A stretch of DNA of 64,000 bases from Candidatus Shapirobacteria bacterium CG_4_10_14_0_8_um_filter_39_15 (GTDB lineage: Bacteria; Patescibacteriota; Microgenomatia; UM-FILTER-39-15). A program made the translations under genes and the position numbers. The notes below the pieces were generated by a model. That model made no database searches. It saw nothing but the letters and a program-made list of their open reading frames with translations, and was not told the origin of the DNA. Location of the stretch: NCBI GenBank assembly GCA_002784465.1, contig PFLE01000013.1:10972-74971 (forward strand), read 5' to 3'. Every line of letters starts with the position of its first letter. Within the stretch, counting starts at the first letter, position 1. Of this stretch, positions 9,608 to 19,266 are shown piece by piece.

Positions 9608-12381
9608 TTAATTAAAGAAATTTCCAACTGACGATCCTCGGATAAAGAAGTATTATATACTACCGACCCCTTCTCGGTCAAGATAGGGAAATTTGACCAA
9701 GAAACTGCCGAAGAAACCGGATAGGAAATCGATAACTTATAAGGGTCGCTGCTAAAACCTGATTGTTTTTGAATATATGCTAAATATTGTCCGGAAATAA
9801 ATTTTTGGCTCTCCGGCAATTGGTAGACAATTTCCAAGCTTTGTTTTCTACCCACGGGGACCGTCAAAACCAATCCAAATATTTTTTTACCAAGATCACT
9901 CGATTGCTCAACTTGACATTCTTGATTAGCAATCTGGCAGCCAATCAAGGAACTGTCCGAATTAACCAAAATCCGCAGATAGGCTTTGTAATCGCCGGCA
10001 GGAAAAACATTGCTCGGACTTTTGTTTTCGTAATCCAAACGCAAAGTTTCTTTTATTCCCCCATCCTCTTGAATCTGAACCGAACGGGAAATCGACCGAA
10101 CCAGAAAATAGTTGGCTTTGTTCACACCAACATTGGCCTCATTAACCATCAGATAATCGGACAAACAAGATCCAGATTTTTGACAAACAGCGTTTTCGAT
10201 TATTCCGTCCCAATGATTTTTCTCAAGAAAGGCGGCTATTTTAGAATCGTTGGAACTAATTAAAATATCTCTTTGGTTAAGCGATTCCATCATTGCTTGA
10301 AAAATTTTTATTTTCGTTTTCGCATCGGCGGATTTAATTTTGTCCATTAAAACCTGGGCCACTTGCCCTAAAAAATCTTCCTTTTGCTTTGATCCCGGGA
10401 AAAATCCGGCTTCAATATAATATTCGGCGGTTTGAAAAAAATTGTCGGCATTGATTGTTTCCCGATAATCAGGCAATTTCAATTCCCCAAACACCTTAAT
10501 TAATTTTTGGGCGGCGTTTAAATTAATTCCAATAACCGCATCGGCCTGCCGGCCGGTTTCTTTTTCCAGGAACCACTTGGCGCGGATCGCGTTCTGGCCA
10601 AAATCTGGGCTCCAATTCGAATCGCGCAAATACCAACCGTCAACACCCAAGAGTTCCTTCAGTCTTACCGGCGGCTCAACATGACCCTTTAGCTGGCCAT
10701 CAGCATCATAAACATCGCCAACGCCAAAATGAAAAAGCTTTCCCGATTCGAAAGAAGCTAGTCCATAAGAACCGATAAATCCTCCGCCCGGCCGAAGCTC
10801 CATATTGTTTTGAAAAAGAAAAAGATAAACTATCCCTTGATCAGCACCTAACAATTTCGGGGAAACAACCAAGAAATCGCGGTAAATTAATAAAAATTTT
10901 TTTATCTCGGGAATAAATTTTTTGATTTCCAGAATTTTTGGCCCAACAATTTTTTCCCGCCCGGTAAAACTATTTAATAAAGCATTCGTGACAGAGACTT
11001 TTTCAATCGCCGAATTGCACTCGACTTGCAACGAAGATAATGCTTCCTTGAAAGGTTGGTTTTCCGAGCCAATCACCGTTAAGAAAAGCAGGTTGCTTAA
11101 TTTACCAACCCGGCTTAAAACCAATAAGCTGTCTGCTAAATTTTCTCCTAGAGCAATTGTCTTTTCCTGATTACCCCAAACAAATTGGCCGGCTTTGGCA
11201 ATCGGACCAAGTAAGCTAATTTCTTTTTGAAAAACTAAGGTTTTATTTTCCAGATCCACAAAATCGCCTTTTCCGGCCAAGCGCTGAATTTCTTTCATTT
11301 GATAGACTAGTTGAAAGAAAATCAAGATTATAAACATCAAGGCAACAGCTAAAGAAGCAGGAATAAATAATAAAAATTTAGGAATTGTTTTTCGGGGGCG
11401 GGTTTTCTGTTCCTTTACCGCCGGCTTTCGGGAAAATTCCCTAAGAGTTTCTTTAATCCCATCTTCCAGGGTATATTCCGGACGCCAGCCTAAGGGGTTT
11501 TCGGTTTCTTGGGGTGTACTTTCGATTAAACTGGAGAAAGAATTTTGGGCCACATATTCGATTTCGATTTGCTTATCGGTTGCTAATTGCCGGTTTTTTT
11601 TCAATTCCTGACAAAAATCAACAAGCGTAATCGGATTAGCCGGTTTTAAATCAAAAATCTTGCCGGCGGTTCCCGGAACAAGAATTGACCGCAGGATGCC
11701 GCTGACCGCGTCTTTAACATAAAGCGGGTAAATTTTTCCCTCGCCTTCGGCCGGAATTTTCAGGTTTTGTCCGGACAACAATTGATCAAAACAATAACCA
11801 ATCAACCCTCCGTTCATTTTCATTCTTGGTCCATAAACATCGCCAACGCGAACGACCCGCAAGTCAAGATCTTGCCGCTTTAAATGATTAAGAATTAATC
11901 TTTCGGCGAACCGTTTCGATTCGTGAAAAGAGAGGTTCTCCCATTGGCCGGCGTTGTCCCAATCGGGCAATTTAAATATTTCCAAAGACGAACAGAATAA
12001 CAATTTGGCGTTGTTCTTTAAACATAAAGCGATTAAATTTTCGGTTCCGATTGAATTGCTTTGCATAATTTCCAAAGAAATATCTTTTCCGGAAAGATAT
12101 TCCTCAACTGAAGTTAAATTAAAAATATAGTTGATGGCCGGAAAGTGATTTTTAATATAGAAGTCCGGGTTGTTAATATTATCCTCCAACAAAACGAAAC
12201 TATTTTTTCCCTGCAGCGGTTCAATGTTTCTTTTTTCACCGGTTAAAAAATTATCGACACAAAGAACCTGACAATCTAAAGACAAAAGCGACTCGCACAA
12301 ATAAGAACCAACAAATCCGGCTCCGCCGGCAACCAGCGCCGTTGTTTTTCCGGGGGACAAATTTTCTAAAGAAGAAGGCAT
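9604..12381 (-). CDS. NAD-dependent epimerase/dehydratase-like domain fused via a TM segment to DUF4012
   Basis: GGAGFVGSYL, VDNFLTG, VYGPRM; C-terminal half LFQNNMELRPGGGFIGSYG, LRDSNWSPDF, NVGVNKANY. Confidence 0.75.
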   Translation of the reverse strand: MPSSLENLSPGKTTALVAGGAGFVGSYLCESLLSLDCQVLCVDNFLTGEKRNIEPLQGKNSFVLLEDNINNPDFYIKNHFPAINYIFNLTSVEEYLSGKDISLEIMQSNSIGTENLIALCLKNNAKLLFCSSLEIFKLPDWDNAGQWENLSFHESKRFAERLILNHLKRQDLDLRVVRVGDVYGPRMKMNGGLIGYCFDQLLSGQNLKIPAEGEGKIYPLYVKDAVSGILRSILVPGTAGKIFDLKPANPITLVDFCQELKKNRQLATDKQIEIEYVAQNSFSSLIESTPQETENPLGWRPEYTLEDGIKETLREFSRKPAVKEQKTRPRKTIPKFLLFIPASLAVALMFIILIFFQLVYQMKEIQRLAGKGDFVDLENKTLVFQKEISLLGPIAKAGQFVWGNQEKTIALGENLADSLLVLSRVGKLSNLLFLTVIGSENQPFKEALSSLQVECNSAIEKVSVTNALLNSFTGREKIVGPKILEIKKFIPEIKKFLLIYRDFLVVSPKLLGADQGIVYLFLFQNNMELRPGGGFIGSYGLASFESGKLFHFGVGDVYDADGQLKGHVEPPVRLKELLGVDGWYLRDSNWSPDFGQNAIRAKWFLEKETGRQADAVIGINLNAAQKLIKVFGELKLPDYRETINADNFFQTAEYYIEAGFFPGSKQKEDFLGQVAQVLMDKIKSADAKTKIKIFQAMMESLNQRDILISSNDSKIAAFLEKNHWDGIIENAVCQKSGSCLSDYLMVNEANVGVNKANYFLVRSISRSVQIQEDGGIKETLRLDYENKSPSNVFPAGDYKAYLRILVNSDSSLIGCQIANQECQVEQSSDLGKKIFGLVLTVPVGRKQSLEIVYQLPESQKFISGQYLAYIQKQSGFSSDPYKLSISYPVSSAVSWSNFPILTEKGSVVYNTSLSEDRQLEISLIK

Positions 12382-12408
12382 TACTTGAATTTTAATCTGC
12401 GGGGCCGT

Positions 12409-12849
12409 TTAATGCAACAATTGTTCTGCTTGGTCTAAAGTTTGATTGACTAAACTATCCGCCAGAGAATTTTTTTCGCGGGGAATAAGACAATAAATTA
12501 TTATTTTATTTAGTTGTTTTTCCAATTGACGCGCTTGAATAATTAAGGACCGTAAACGAATATTTTTGATTTTATATATACCTTTTAGTTGATTAACCAT
12601 TAATTGTGAATCGGAAAAAAAATTTACGGTGTTAGTTTTTTCGCCGAGACTCTTTTTGTTTTTCAATAACCATTGCAGGGCCGCAATCATTGCCGAGAAT
12701 TCCGCAACGTTATTGGTTGTTTGTCCCAACGGCTTTCCCGTTCCGAAAATCTTTTTTCCGTTACCCGTCATCACGACAAAACCAATTGCTGCCGGTCCGG
12801 GATTTCCTCTTGCTCCGCCATCCGTATAAATATTTATTTCGTTATCCAT
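12409..12849 (-). CDS. Ribonuclease HI family protein
   Basis: IYTDGGARGNPGPAA, TNNVAEF, SDSQLMVNQL, IPREKNSLAD. Confidence 0.9.
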   Translation of the reverse strand: MDNEINIYTDGGARGNPGPAAIGFVVMTGNGKKIFGTGKPLGQTTNNVAEFSAMIAALQWLLKNKKSLGEKTNTVNFFSDSQLMVNQLKGIYKIKNIRLRSLIIQARQLEKQLNKIIIYCLIPREKNSLADSLVNQTLDQAEQLLH

Positions 12850-14160
12850 TCAAAATATTTTACCTTTTGTTTTGAAAATTTCAATAAGGGTTTTTGGAAA
12901 TGTTATGCTAGGACGAAGGTCAAATTTTTTCGCCAAATATAAACTGGTTAAAACAAAAACCAGTCCTTCGGTCGCAATGGTATTAAAAGCCGCTGCTAAA
13001 TAAGAAAAATTTGGAATCAATAAAATGTTCGCGCCTAAATTAAAAAATAACGCCATAATCGCGATTGACAAAGAAACTTTTTGTTTTCCCAAAGCGATAA
13101 GAGTATATCCGGTAAGATGATTAAAGTAGGCGATAAAAGTAGCAAAGACTAAAATCCTTAAGGCAATAACACTGTTGCTAAAATCCGGTCCGCCGATAAT
13201 AGAAATTATCAAAGGCGCCAAAATAATTACGGTCAATAAAATTCCAACCGCAGCAATAAAAAGAATATCAAAAGTTTTCCGGTAAATTTCTTTAAGGATC
13301 GGGTTTTCTTTTGTATGATCAACCGAAATTTTTGCGATTACCGGAAAAAGAGCACCGGTTAGATAGGCCGCGCCTAAAATAAGATTATCGTGAACTTTAT
13401 ATGCCAACCCGTAAATTCCCACTGCTTCCGGTCCTTTCATTCCTTGCAGAATAATAATATCCAAGCGATTGTAAACGGAAAATAAAATGAGAAGAGCGCC
13501 GGTGGGTAAAGATTCACGTAAAATTTTCCTCGTTAAATCGGGATCTAAATGATAAGTAAAATTTGCCAATTCCCTCGCCCAGAAAAAAGAAAGGCCGATA
13601 CCAACCAAATTGCTGAAAAAATAAAGCATTAAAATTGTTGATAAATTTATTAATTGTCTGGCAAAGAGAAAAACCAATAAAAGAAAAATCAAGAAGAGAA
13701 TGCTAATTAAAACGTCAACCATTGCCATAAATTCAAATCTCAATTTAGTTTGGAAAACAACACTTAAAGAGGTCTTTAAAGAAATCAAAATTAAAACTAA
13801 ACCGATGATTTCAATCGGGATAAACAATGGCCTGAATAATGGAAAAATAGTTGCAATTAAGGTAATAAAGACCAGGCAAACCAAGGACGAGACTAAGCGG
13901 ATTACTAAAGCACCACCAAAAAGCGGGGATTGGGAGCTTTCGATTTTTGACGCTTCCCGAACAAAAATCATGCTGGTTCCCCAATCGGAAATCGTAACGA
14001 AAAACATTAAAACAGAAATAACAAAAATATAATTACCATAACCAGTGGTACCTAGAAGGCGGGTTAGAAGCGCGGTTGTAATAATCGTCGTAAAAATAAC
14101 GCCGGCGCGTCCTAAAATTTGCACAATCGTATTTTTAGCAACCTTTGGAAATAAACTCAT
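12850..14160 (-). CDS. Wzx-type polysaccharide flippase
   Basis: ~12 TM segments; KVAKNT, LTRLLG..GYG.Y, AVGIYGLAYK. Confidence 0.85.
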   Translation of the reverse strand: MSLFPKVAKNTIVQILGRAGVIFTTIITTALLTRLLGTTGYGNYIFVISVLMFFVTISDWGTSMIFVREASKIESSQSPLFGGALVIRLVSSLVCLVFITLIATIFPLFRPLFIPIEIIGLVLILISLKTSLSVVFQTKLRFEFMAMVDVLISILFLIFLLLVFLFARQLINLSTILMLYFFSNLVGIGLSFFWARELANFTYHLDPDLTRKILRESLPTGALLILFSVYNRLDIIILQGMKGPEAVGIYGLAYKVHDNLILGAAYLTGALFPVIAKISVDHTKENPILKEIYRKTFDILFIAAVGILLTVIILAPLIISIIGGPDFSNSVIALRILVFATFIAYFNHLTGYTLIALGKQKVSLSIAIMALFFNLGANILLIPNFSYLAAAFNTIATEGLVFVLTSLYLAKKFDLRPSITFPKTLIEIFKTKGKIF

Positions 14161-14163
14161 GTT

Positions 14164-15384
14164 TCAATTATACCTCGTCAAACGAGGTTTACTCCAAGAC
14201 AGGCCGAGAACAATAGTAAAAAGGAGTTGAGTGGATTGTAAGGTCAGCCAATAGTGATCGAAAAGACCAAGGAACAAAATCACCGAGAGAGAAGCGAGAA
14301 GTGAGAAGTGGGAAGCGGGAATTCTTTTTAATGTTTGAAATAAAAGCCAAAGAAATAAAACTAAACCAACAAAACCGGTTTCGGCTAATACCAACAGAAA
14401 AATATTATGAACTGCCTGATACCAAAGAACTTGACCGCTGTCGTTCCAAAATTCCGGAAGTCTGACAATAAAATTATTTAGACCAACACCGAGAATTGGG
14501 GATTGTTGAAACATTTTTATTGCGGCGATATTTAAATCAACCCGCTGAAAAATTGCTTCGCTGCCTGATAGTTGACTAAACGCGAAAATAAAAATCAATC
14601 CAATAATCAAACTGGCCGAAAGAAAAACTTTTTTACCAATGATCCAGACAAGAATTAAAATTCCCGCCAGCCAAACAGAACGGGAGAAAGAAAGAAAAAT
14701 CGCACTAACAACTAAAATAATATACAAAAAGGAAAAAGACCGATTTCTTTTCCACCAATATGGAAAAGACAAAATAAAACCGACCAAAAGAAATCCGGCC
14801 AAAGCATTGGGATGGGGAAAGGTGGCATATGGTCTTAAAACCAGTTGTCCGTTGATAATTGCTTTGGCGATTCCCGGCGTCCCGGCGTCAAAAGTTCTTT
14901 CTCCCAACCAATACATTATTCCTCCTAATGATTTCTGTTTTAAAAACTGAATAACTGCAAACAGGCTGGAATAAATTACACTAATAGAAACTGGAAGCGA
15001 GAAGCGGGAAGCTTGATAATGATTTTGGATGATATAGATACCCAGAAAAACAAATTCAATAATTTTTATTAATAAATAAAATGCCGCTCCCTGGTTTTGA
15101 GCGAACAAGCAATTGATTAGCAAGAAAACCAAGAGACATAAAAACAAGATAAGAACTTTTGAATTTTTACTTGTAATTTTGACTTTTGACTTTTGACTTT
15201 TGACTTTCTCTACCAACCAATTAATCAGAATTCCAATAATAATCAGGTCCGTTAGATAAACAGTTGGGGAGAGGTAATCAATTCTTAATCCCTGAACAAA
15301 AGAAAAAGCCGGCCAAAAATGCTTACCCAATTGAACCGGCATCAAAAGCAGAAGAAGATACCAAAAAACAGAATGAAGTTTCAC
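14164..15384 (-). CDS. O-antigen ligase/Wzy family protein with three repeat-derived insertions
   Basis: RPYATFPHPNALAG, SFSRSVW, PILGVGLNNF, AVHNIFL. Confidence 0.85.
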   Translation of the reverse strand: MKLHSVFWYLLLLLMPVQLGKHFWPAFSFVQGLRIDYLSPTVYLTDLIIIGILINWLVEKVKSQKSKVKITSKNSKVLILFLCLLVFLLINCLFAQNQGAAFYLLIKIIEFVFLGIYIIQNHYQASRFSLPVSISVIYSSLFAVIQFLKQKSLGGIMYWLGERTFDAGTPGIAKAIINGQLVLRPYATFPHPNALAGFLLVGFILSFPYWWKRNRSFSFLYIILVVSAIFLSFSRSVWLAGILILVWIIGKKVFLSASLIIGLIFIFAFSQLSGSEAIFQRVDLNIAAIKMFQQSPILGVGLNNFIVRLPEFWNDSGQVLWYQAVHNIFLLVLAETGFVGLVLFLWLLFQTLKRIPASHFSLLASLSVILFLGLFDHYWLTLQSTQLLFTIVLGLSWSKPRLTRYN

Positions 15385-15389
15385 TTGTT

Positions 15390-15854
15390 TTAACCCGCTT
15401 TATTAGGTTTTATAACCAAATGGCGATCCTTACCTTCACCTTCTGATTCGGCCGCCACATCGTTATATTCTGACAAAACCAAATGGATGACCCTTCTGTC
15501 CGAAGCCGAAAGACCTGGAAGACAAACCGATTCGCCGGAAAAACGGACTTTCTGGGCGGCATTCAAACCCATGTGGCGCAAAACTTCTTCTCGTTTTTGC
15601 CGGTAATCACCGACGTTGACAATAATCCGACCCCATTCACCCATTTCCCTGCTGGCAATAATGCTTAGCAAAAGCTGGAATGACGCTAAAGTTTCACCAT
15701 GTAAACCAATAAGAACACCGGAATCTTCGGTTTCTATCTGAACCATAATTGCTTGATTTTCTTTATCTTCAGAAACATCAAGTTTGGCTTCGACTTTCAA
15801 AAGCTTAAGCATTTTGGCTGCAATCTTTTTAACAATTTTCAATTTCTTTTCCAT
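15390..15854 (-). CDS. jag: Jag/KhpB RNA-binding protein (KH + R3H)
   Basis: LIGLHGETL, DRRVIH, SEGEGKDR; synteny with yidC. Confidence 0.9.
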   Translation of the reverse strand: MEKKLKIVKKIAAKMLKLLKVEAKLDVSEDKENQAIMVQIETEDSGVLIGLHGETLASFQLLLSIIASREMGEWGRIIVNVGDYRQKREEVLRHMGLNAAQKVRFSGESVCLPGLSASDRRVIHLVLSEYNDVAAESEGEGKDRHLVIKPNKAG

Positions 15855-16645
15855 GTTTTTATTTTGTTAATCCAAGGGGTTAAACCGCCAAGACCAGTTA
15901 TAAGATATTGTTGAATCATAGTAAAGAGGGAAAATATAAACCAGTACAAAACCAAGCCGGCGGGAAAGGTAAAACCAATCAAAATCGTCATAATCGGAAA
16001 AAGATAGAGCATTTGCGATTGCATTCCGGCCATCAAATCGTCTGATTTTTCTTTTGTCTGCGCCGCTTCTTTTTCCTCTTCCTTAACAATCGGCATCATC
16101 ATTTTTGAAGAAAGCAGTTGGGTCAGGGCGGCAAGGATTAGAAAAACTCCGGGTAAGGTTGGCAAACCGGCCAAATGTAAAACGTCGGGCTTGGTCAAAT
16201 CAATTATTCCCAAAAACGAAGTGTTAAGATGAGCTTGGGCCGGCAACTGCAAAATCGGGTAGAGCATTTGGTTTAATTTTTCCACCGTGGCGGCCCCTTG
16301 CTGAAGTAAAACTTTAGAAAAAGCCTGATAAAGGCCAATCAAAACCACCAGCTGAACAATTTGCGGCAGGCAACCGGCCGCCGGATTAGCCCCGTTTTTC
16401 TTATAAAGTTCCATCTGGGCGGCCGCCAATCCCTGTTTATCGCTGCCGAATTTCTGTTTTAATTTATTGATTTCCGGCGCCAGTTCCATCATTTTTTTCT
16501 GCGCTTTAATTGAGGGAATTGTTAATGGCGCCATTACCAGCCTGATAACAAGCGTCAAGAGAATTATGGCAACGCCTAAATCGCCGAAAATCCGGTAAAA
16601 AACAAAAAGGCCGTTTAATAATGGTTGAACTAAATAAGTTTCCAT
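15839..16645 (-). CDS. yidC: Membrane protein insertase YidC
   Basis: LAPEINKLKQKF, LYKKNGANPAAGCLP, PAGLVLYW. Confidence 0.95.
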   Translation of the reverse strand: METYLVQPLLNGLFVFYRIFGDLGVAIILLTLVIRLVMAPLTIPSIKAQKKMMELAPEINKLKQKFGSDKQGLAAAQMELYKKNGANPAAGCLPQIVQLVVLIGLYQAFSKVLLQQGAATVEKLNQMLYPILQLPAQAHLNTSFLGIIDLTKPDVLHLAGLPTLPGVFLILAALTQLLSSKMMMPIVKEEEKEAAQTKEKSDDLMAGMQSQMLYLFPIMTILIGFTFPAGLVLYWFIFSLFTMIQQYLITGLGGLTPWINKIKTWKRN

Positions 16646-16651
16646 ACAATT

Positions 16652-16731
16652 TAGGATATCAGTTGATCAGAATATCGGGACAAGAAATCTGAGAGCAGAA
16701 AACAGAAAATTTAACTGATATTCTGATTTAC
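16652..16731. repeat. Palindromic element copy B (shortened right arm)
   Basis: atatcagttgatcagaatatcgggacaagaaatctgagagcag...ctgatattctgatttac; abuts the yidD stop. Confidence 0.8.
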
Positions 16732-16931
16732 TAGATTAAAGGGTCCAGCCCGCCCTTGCTCCAGGGGTGACATCTGAAAATTCTCCTTAAACCCTTCCAG
16801 CTTCCCAAAAGTATACCATATTTTTCGATTGCTTGGTATGTATATTCCGAACAAGTTGGCTGGAAGCGGCATCCGGGTAAAGAAAAATATTGATGGTAAG
16901 TCTTAAGAAATTTAAGAAGAAGGGTTTTCAT
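16731..16931 (-). CDS. yidD: Membrane protein insertion efficiency factor YidD
   Basis: CRFQPTCSEY..AIEKYG...RCHPW..GG.DP. Confidence 0.95.
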   Translation of the reverse strand: MKTLLLKFLKTYHQYFSLPGCRFQPTCSEYTYQAIEKYGILLGSWKGLRRIFRCHPWSKGGLDPLI

Positions 16932-17274
16932 TTTGAATTATTTTAGCTTGAACAAGCAATTTACCAATTTCTTGTTTTAACAACAAGGCTTCCGGCTTAA
17001 CAATAATTTTTTTTGCCCAAAAAACGATTTTATTGCCGTTTTTTATTTGCGGAAGAAATTGCCGAATAATTTCCCGAAAAATTCTTCTTGTTTGATTGCG
17101 ATCAACCGCTTTTTTAGATATTCGATTAGTGACGATAAAACCAAACTTCGGTGGTTGCTGGTCTTCAATAAACAAGGCTTGAAGAGTAAATAAGGAATGA
17201 GAATATTTTTGGCCCAAAAGGCGAACGTCATCAAAATCCTTTTTTGAAACCAGACGATTTTGCTTAGGAAGCAT
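16912..17274 (-). CDS. rnpA: Ribonuclease P protein component
   Basis: MLPKQNRL, FGFIV..KKAVDRNQTRR. Confidence 0.9.
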   Translation of the reverse strand: MLPKQNRLVSKKDFDDVRLLGQKYSHSLFTLQALFIEDQQPPKFGFIVTNRISKKAVDRNQTRRIFREIIRQFLPQIKNGNKIVFWAKKIIVKPEALLLKQEIGKLLVQAKIIQNENPSS

Positions 17275-17278
17275 GAGG

Positions 17279-17416
17279 TTATAAGGTAATTCTTTTTCGG
17301 CCGGTTAGAGTCCGGCGCTTTATAATCTTCCGACCATTAACGGTTCTGTTGCGGGCTCTAAATCCGTGTTTCCTTTGTCTTTTAAGTTTCTTTGGCTGGT
17401 ATGTTCTTTTTGGCAT
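17279..17416 (-). CDS. rpmH: 50S ribosomal protein L34
   Basis: Manual translation [45 protein letters not shown] (below the ORF-track cutoff). Confidence 0.95.
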   Translation of the reverse strand: MPKRTYQPKKLKRQRKHGFRARNRTVNGRKIIKRRTLTGRKRITL

Positions 17417-17464
17417 GTTTTCAGTATAGCACATAAATCCGAAATACGAAATCCGAAAATAATA

Positions 17465-17585
17465 GTAAATCAGTAGATCAGAAAAATCAGGTTAAGCAAA
17501 ACAGAGAATAGCAAACAGTTTAGATATTTCTGATGTTCTGATCTCAGATTTCTTATCCCGATATACTGATTAACTGATAATCTAC
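17465..17585. repeat. Palindromic element copy C (reverse orientation), nested in AAATCCG-type arms at 17435-17459 and 17589-17605
   Basis: Reverse complement aligns end to end with copy D (26877-26994). Confidence 0.85.
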
Positions 17586-17628
17586 AAAATTCGATATTCG
17601 AATTTAGTCATTTTGGTTGTTGACAGAT

Positions 17629-17637
17629 TGTGGATAA
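17629..17637 (-). promoter_or_regulatory. Perfect DnaA box upstream of dnaA
   Basis: TGTGGATAA is the reverse complement of TTATCCACA. Confidence 0.8.
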
Positions 17638-17679
17638 CTTGTTTAATATGAGTGTGCTTCTGTTTTCTGCCCCAAAAAC

Positions 17680-19017
17680 ATGGACAATAATAATCTTTGG
17701 CAGCGAGTTTTAGAAGAACTTCGACTTTCGGTTTCCAAGCCGTATTATCAAACTCTCTTTCTACAAACAACTTTGATATCTTTAGAAAACAACGTTGCCA
17801 CTGTTTCCTGTACCAATCCTTATGTTCAGGGGATGATTGAAAACCGCTATTACAGTCTTTTAAAAAGCATCTTAGACAGCCAAACCAAAAACAACAATAG
17901 CCTCGTCTTTGTTATCAAAACAATTACCAAACAAGAATCTAAGGAAATTGGGCCGCTTTTCGAAAAAGAAGCGGTTAGGAAACCGGTTTTTGATACTCAT
18001 ACCGGATTAAATCCAAAATACACCTTTTCCTCTTTTGTAGTCGGAAATTCCAATAATTTTGCCCATGCCGCCGCCCAAGCCATTATTCAAAATCCGGGCG
18101 GGGCTTATAATCCCTTTTTTATTTGGGGCGGGGTCGGGGTCGGGAAAACCCATTTAATGCAGGCAATCGGCCACGCAATTTTGGAAAAAAATTCTGATTT
18201 TAAAGTTCTGTATACTCCTTCGGAAAATTTTACCAACGAACTGGTTCAGGCTTTACAGGACAAAAATATTTCCGTTTTCAAGAAGAGATATCGATCGATT
18301 GATGTCTTTCTTGTTGATGACATTCAATTTATCTCCGGCAAAGAATATTCCCAGGAGGAATTCTTTCATACTTTTAATGCTTTATATATGGCCGGCAAAC
18401 AAATTGTTTTGACTTCCGACCGGCCGCCGTCAGAGATAACCAAAGTCGAGGAGCGGCTTATTAGCCGGTTTATGGGCGGATTGACCGTCGACATTCAAGC
18501 GCCGGATTATGAAACCAGATTGGCAATTCTCAAAGCCAAGCGTTTAGAAAAGAACTTAACGATTGACGATGCGGTGCTTGATATTATTGCCCAAAATATT
18601 TCTTCCAACACCCGCGAGCTGGAAGGCCTTTTGTCGCAACTGGTAACCCAAGCATCTTCTTCTCATACCGAATTAAATACCGATTTTGCCAAAAGTTTTT
18701 TTGGAATTCAAAAACAAAAAACAAGTAAAATCCTCCAGCCGAAAAATGTGATTGCCGCCGTCAGCCGTCAATTTCAAATAAAAACCAGCGACTTAACCGG
18801 AGTTTCCCGCCGGGCTGAATTCGTCTTCCCCAGACAAATTATTATGTATTTACTGCGGGACGAGTTAAAGATTCCTTTGGTCAAGATCGGGGAAATGCTT
18901 GGCGGCCGCGATCATACAACGATTATTCATGGCTCGGAGAAAATTCGTCAACTTTTCAACAATGATGCGTCAATAAAACAGCAAATCATGTTGATTAAAC
19001 AGACTTTATCTGAATAA
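17680..19017 (+). CDS. dnaA: Chromosomal replication initiator DnaA
   Basis: YNPFFIWGGVGVGKTHL, DDIQF, QEEFFHTFN, GGRDHTT. Confidence 0.98.
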   Translation: MDNNNLWQRVLEELRLSVSKPYYQTLFLQTTLISLENNVATVSCTNPYVQGMIENRYYSLLKSILDSQTKNNNSLVFVIKTITKQESKEIGPLFEKEAVRKPVFDTHTGLNPKYTFSSFVVGNSNNFAHAAAQAIIQNPGGAYNPFFIWGGVGVGKTHLMQAIGHAILEKNSDFKVLYTPSENFTNELVQALQDKNISVFKKRYRSIDVFLVDDIQFISGKEYSQEEFFHTFNALYMAGKQIVLTSDRPPSEITKVEERLISRFMGGLTVDIQAPDYETRLAILKAKRLEKNLTIDDAVLDIIAQNISSNTRELEGLLSQLVTQASSSHTELNTDFAKSFFGIQKQKTSKILQPKNVIAAVSRQFQIKTSDLTGVSRRAEFVFPRQIIMYLLRDELKIPLVKIGEMLGGRDHTTIIHGSEKIRQLFNNDASIKQQIMLIKQTLSE

Positions 19018-19255
19018 CTTTAAAAATTGTCCACAAAATGTTAATACTTATCAACAAAATTATCCACATTTCTAATCAGTTTTTAAACAAGAAAAAACCC
19101 GAAACTCAAAGTTCGTTATGGGATAGTGTTTCCTTTTTAACTGATCCAATCTTTCGTTTGGAGCTTAACCACACTCAATTTATGAGCAATCGGCGGTCAT
19201 TATCAACTTATCAACCACTTCTACTAAGACTATAACTATTAAGAATATATGATAT
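19018..19255. other. Replication origin oriC
   Basis: dnaA-dnaN spacer with TTGTCCACA 19027, TTATCAACA 19048, TTATCCACA 19060, tandem TTATCAAC(T/C) 19200-19216, then a CTT-CTA-CTA..CTA-TAA-CTA-TTA trinucleotide run. Confidence 0.85.
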
Positions 19256-19266
19256 ACTTGTAATTA

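Noticed and set aside
19038-19235. 65-aa ORF between dnaA and dnaN
   Set aside because: Coincides with the oriC DnaA boxes; no protein-like features.
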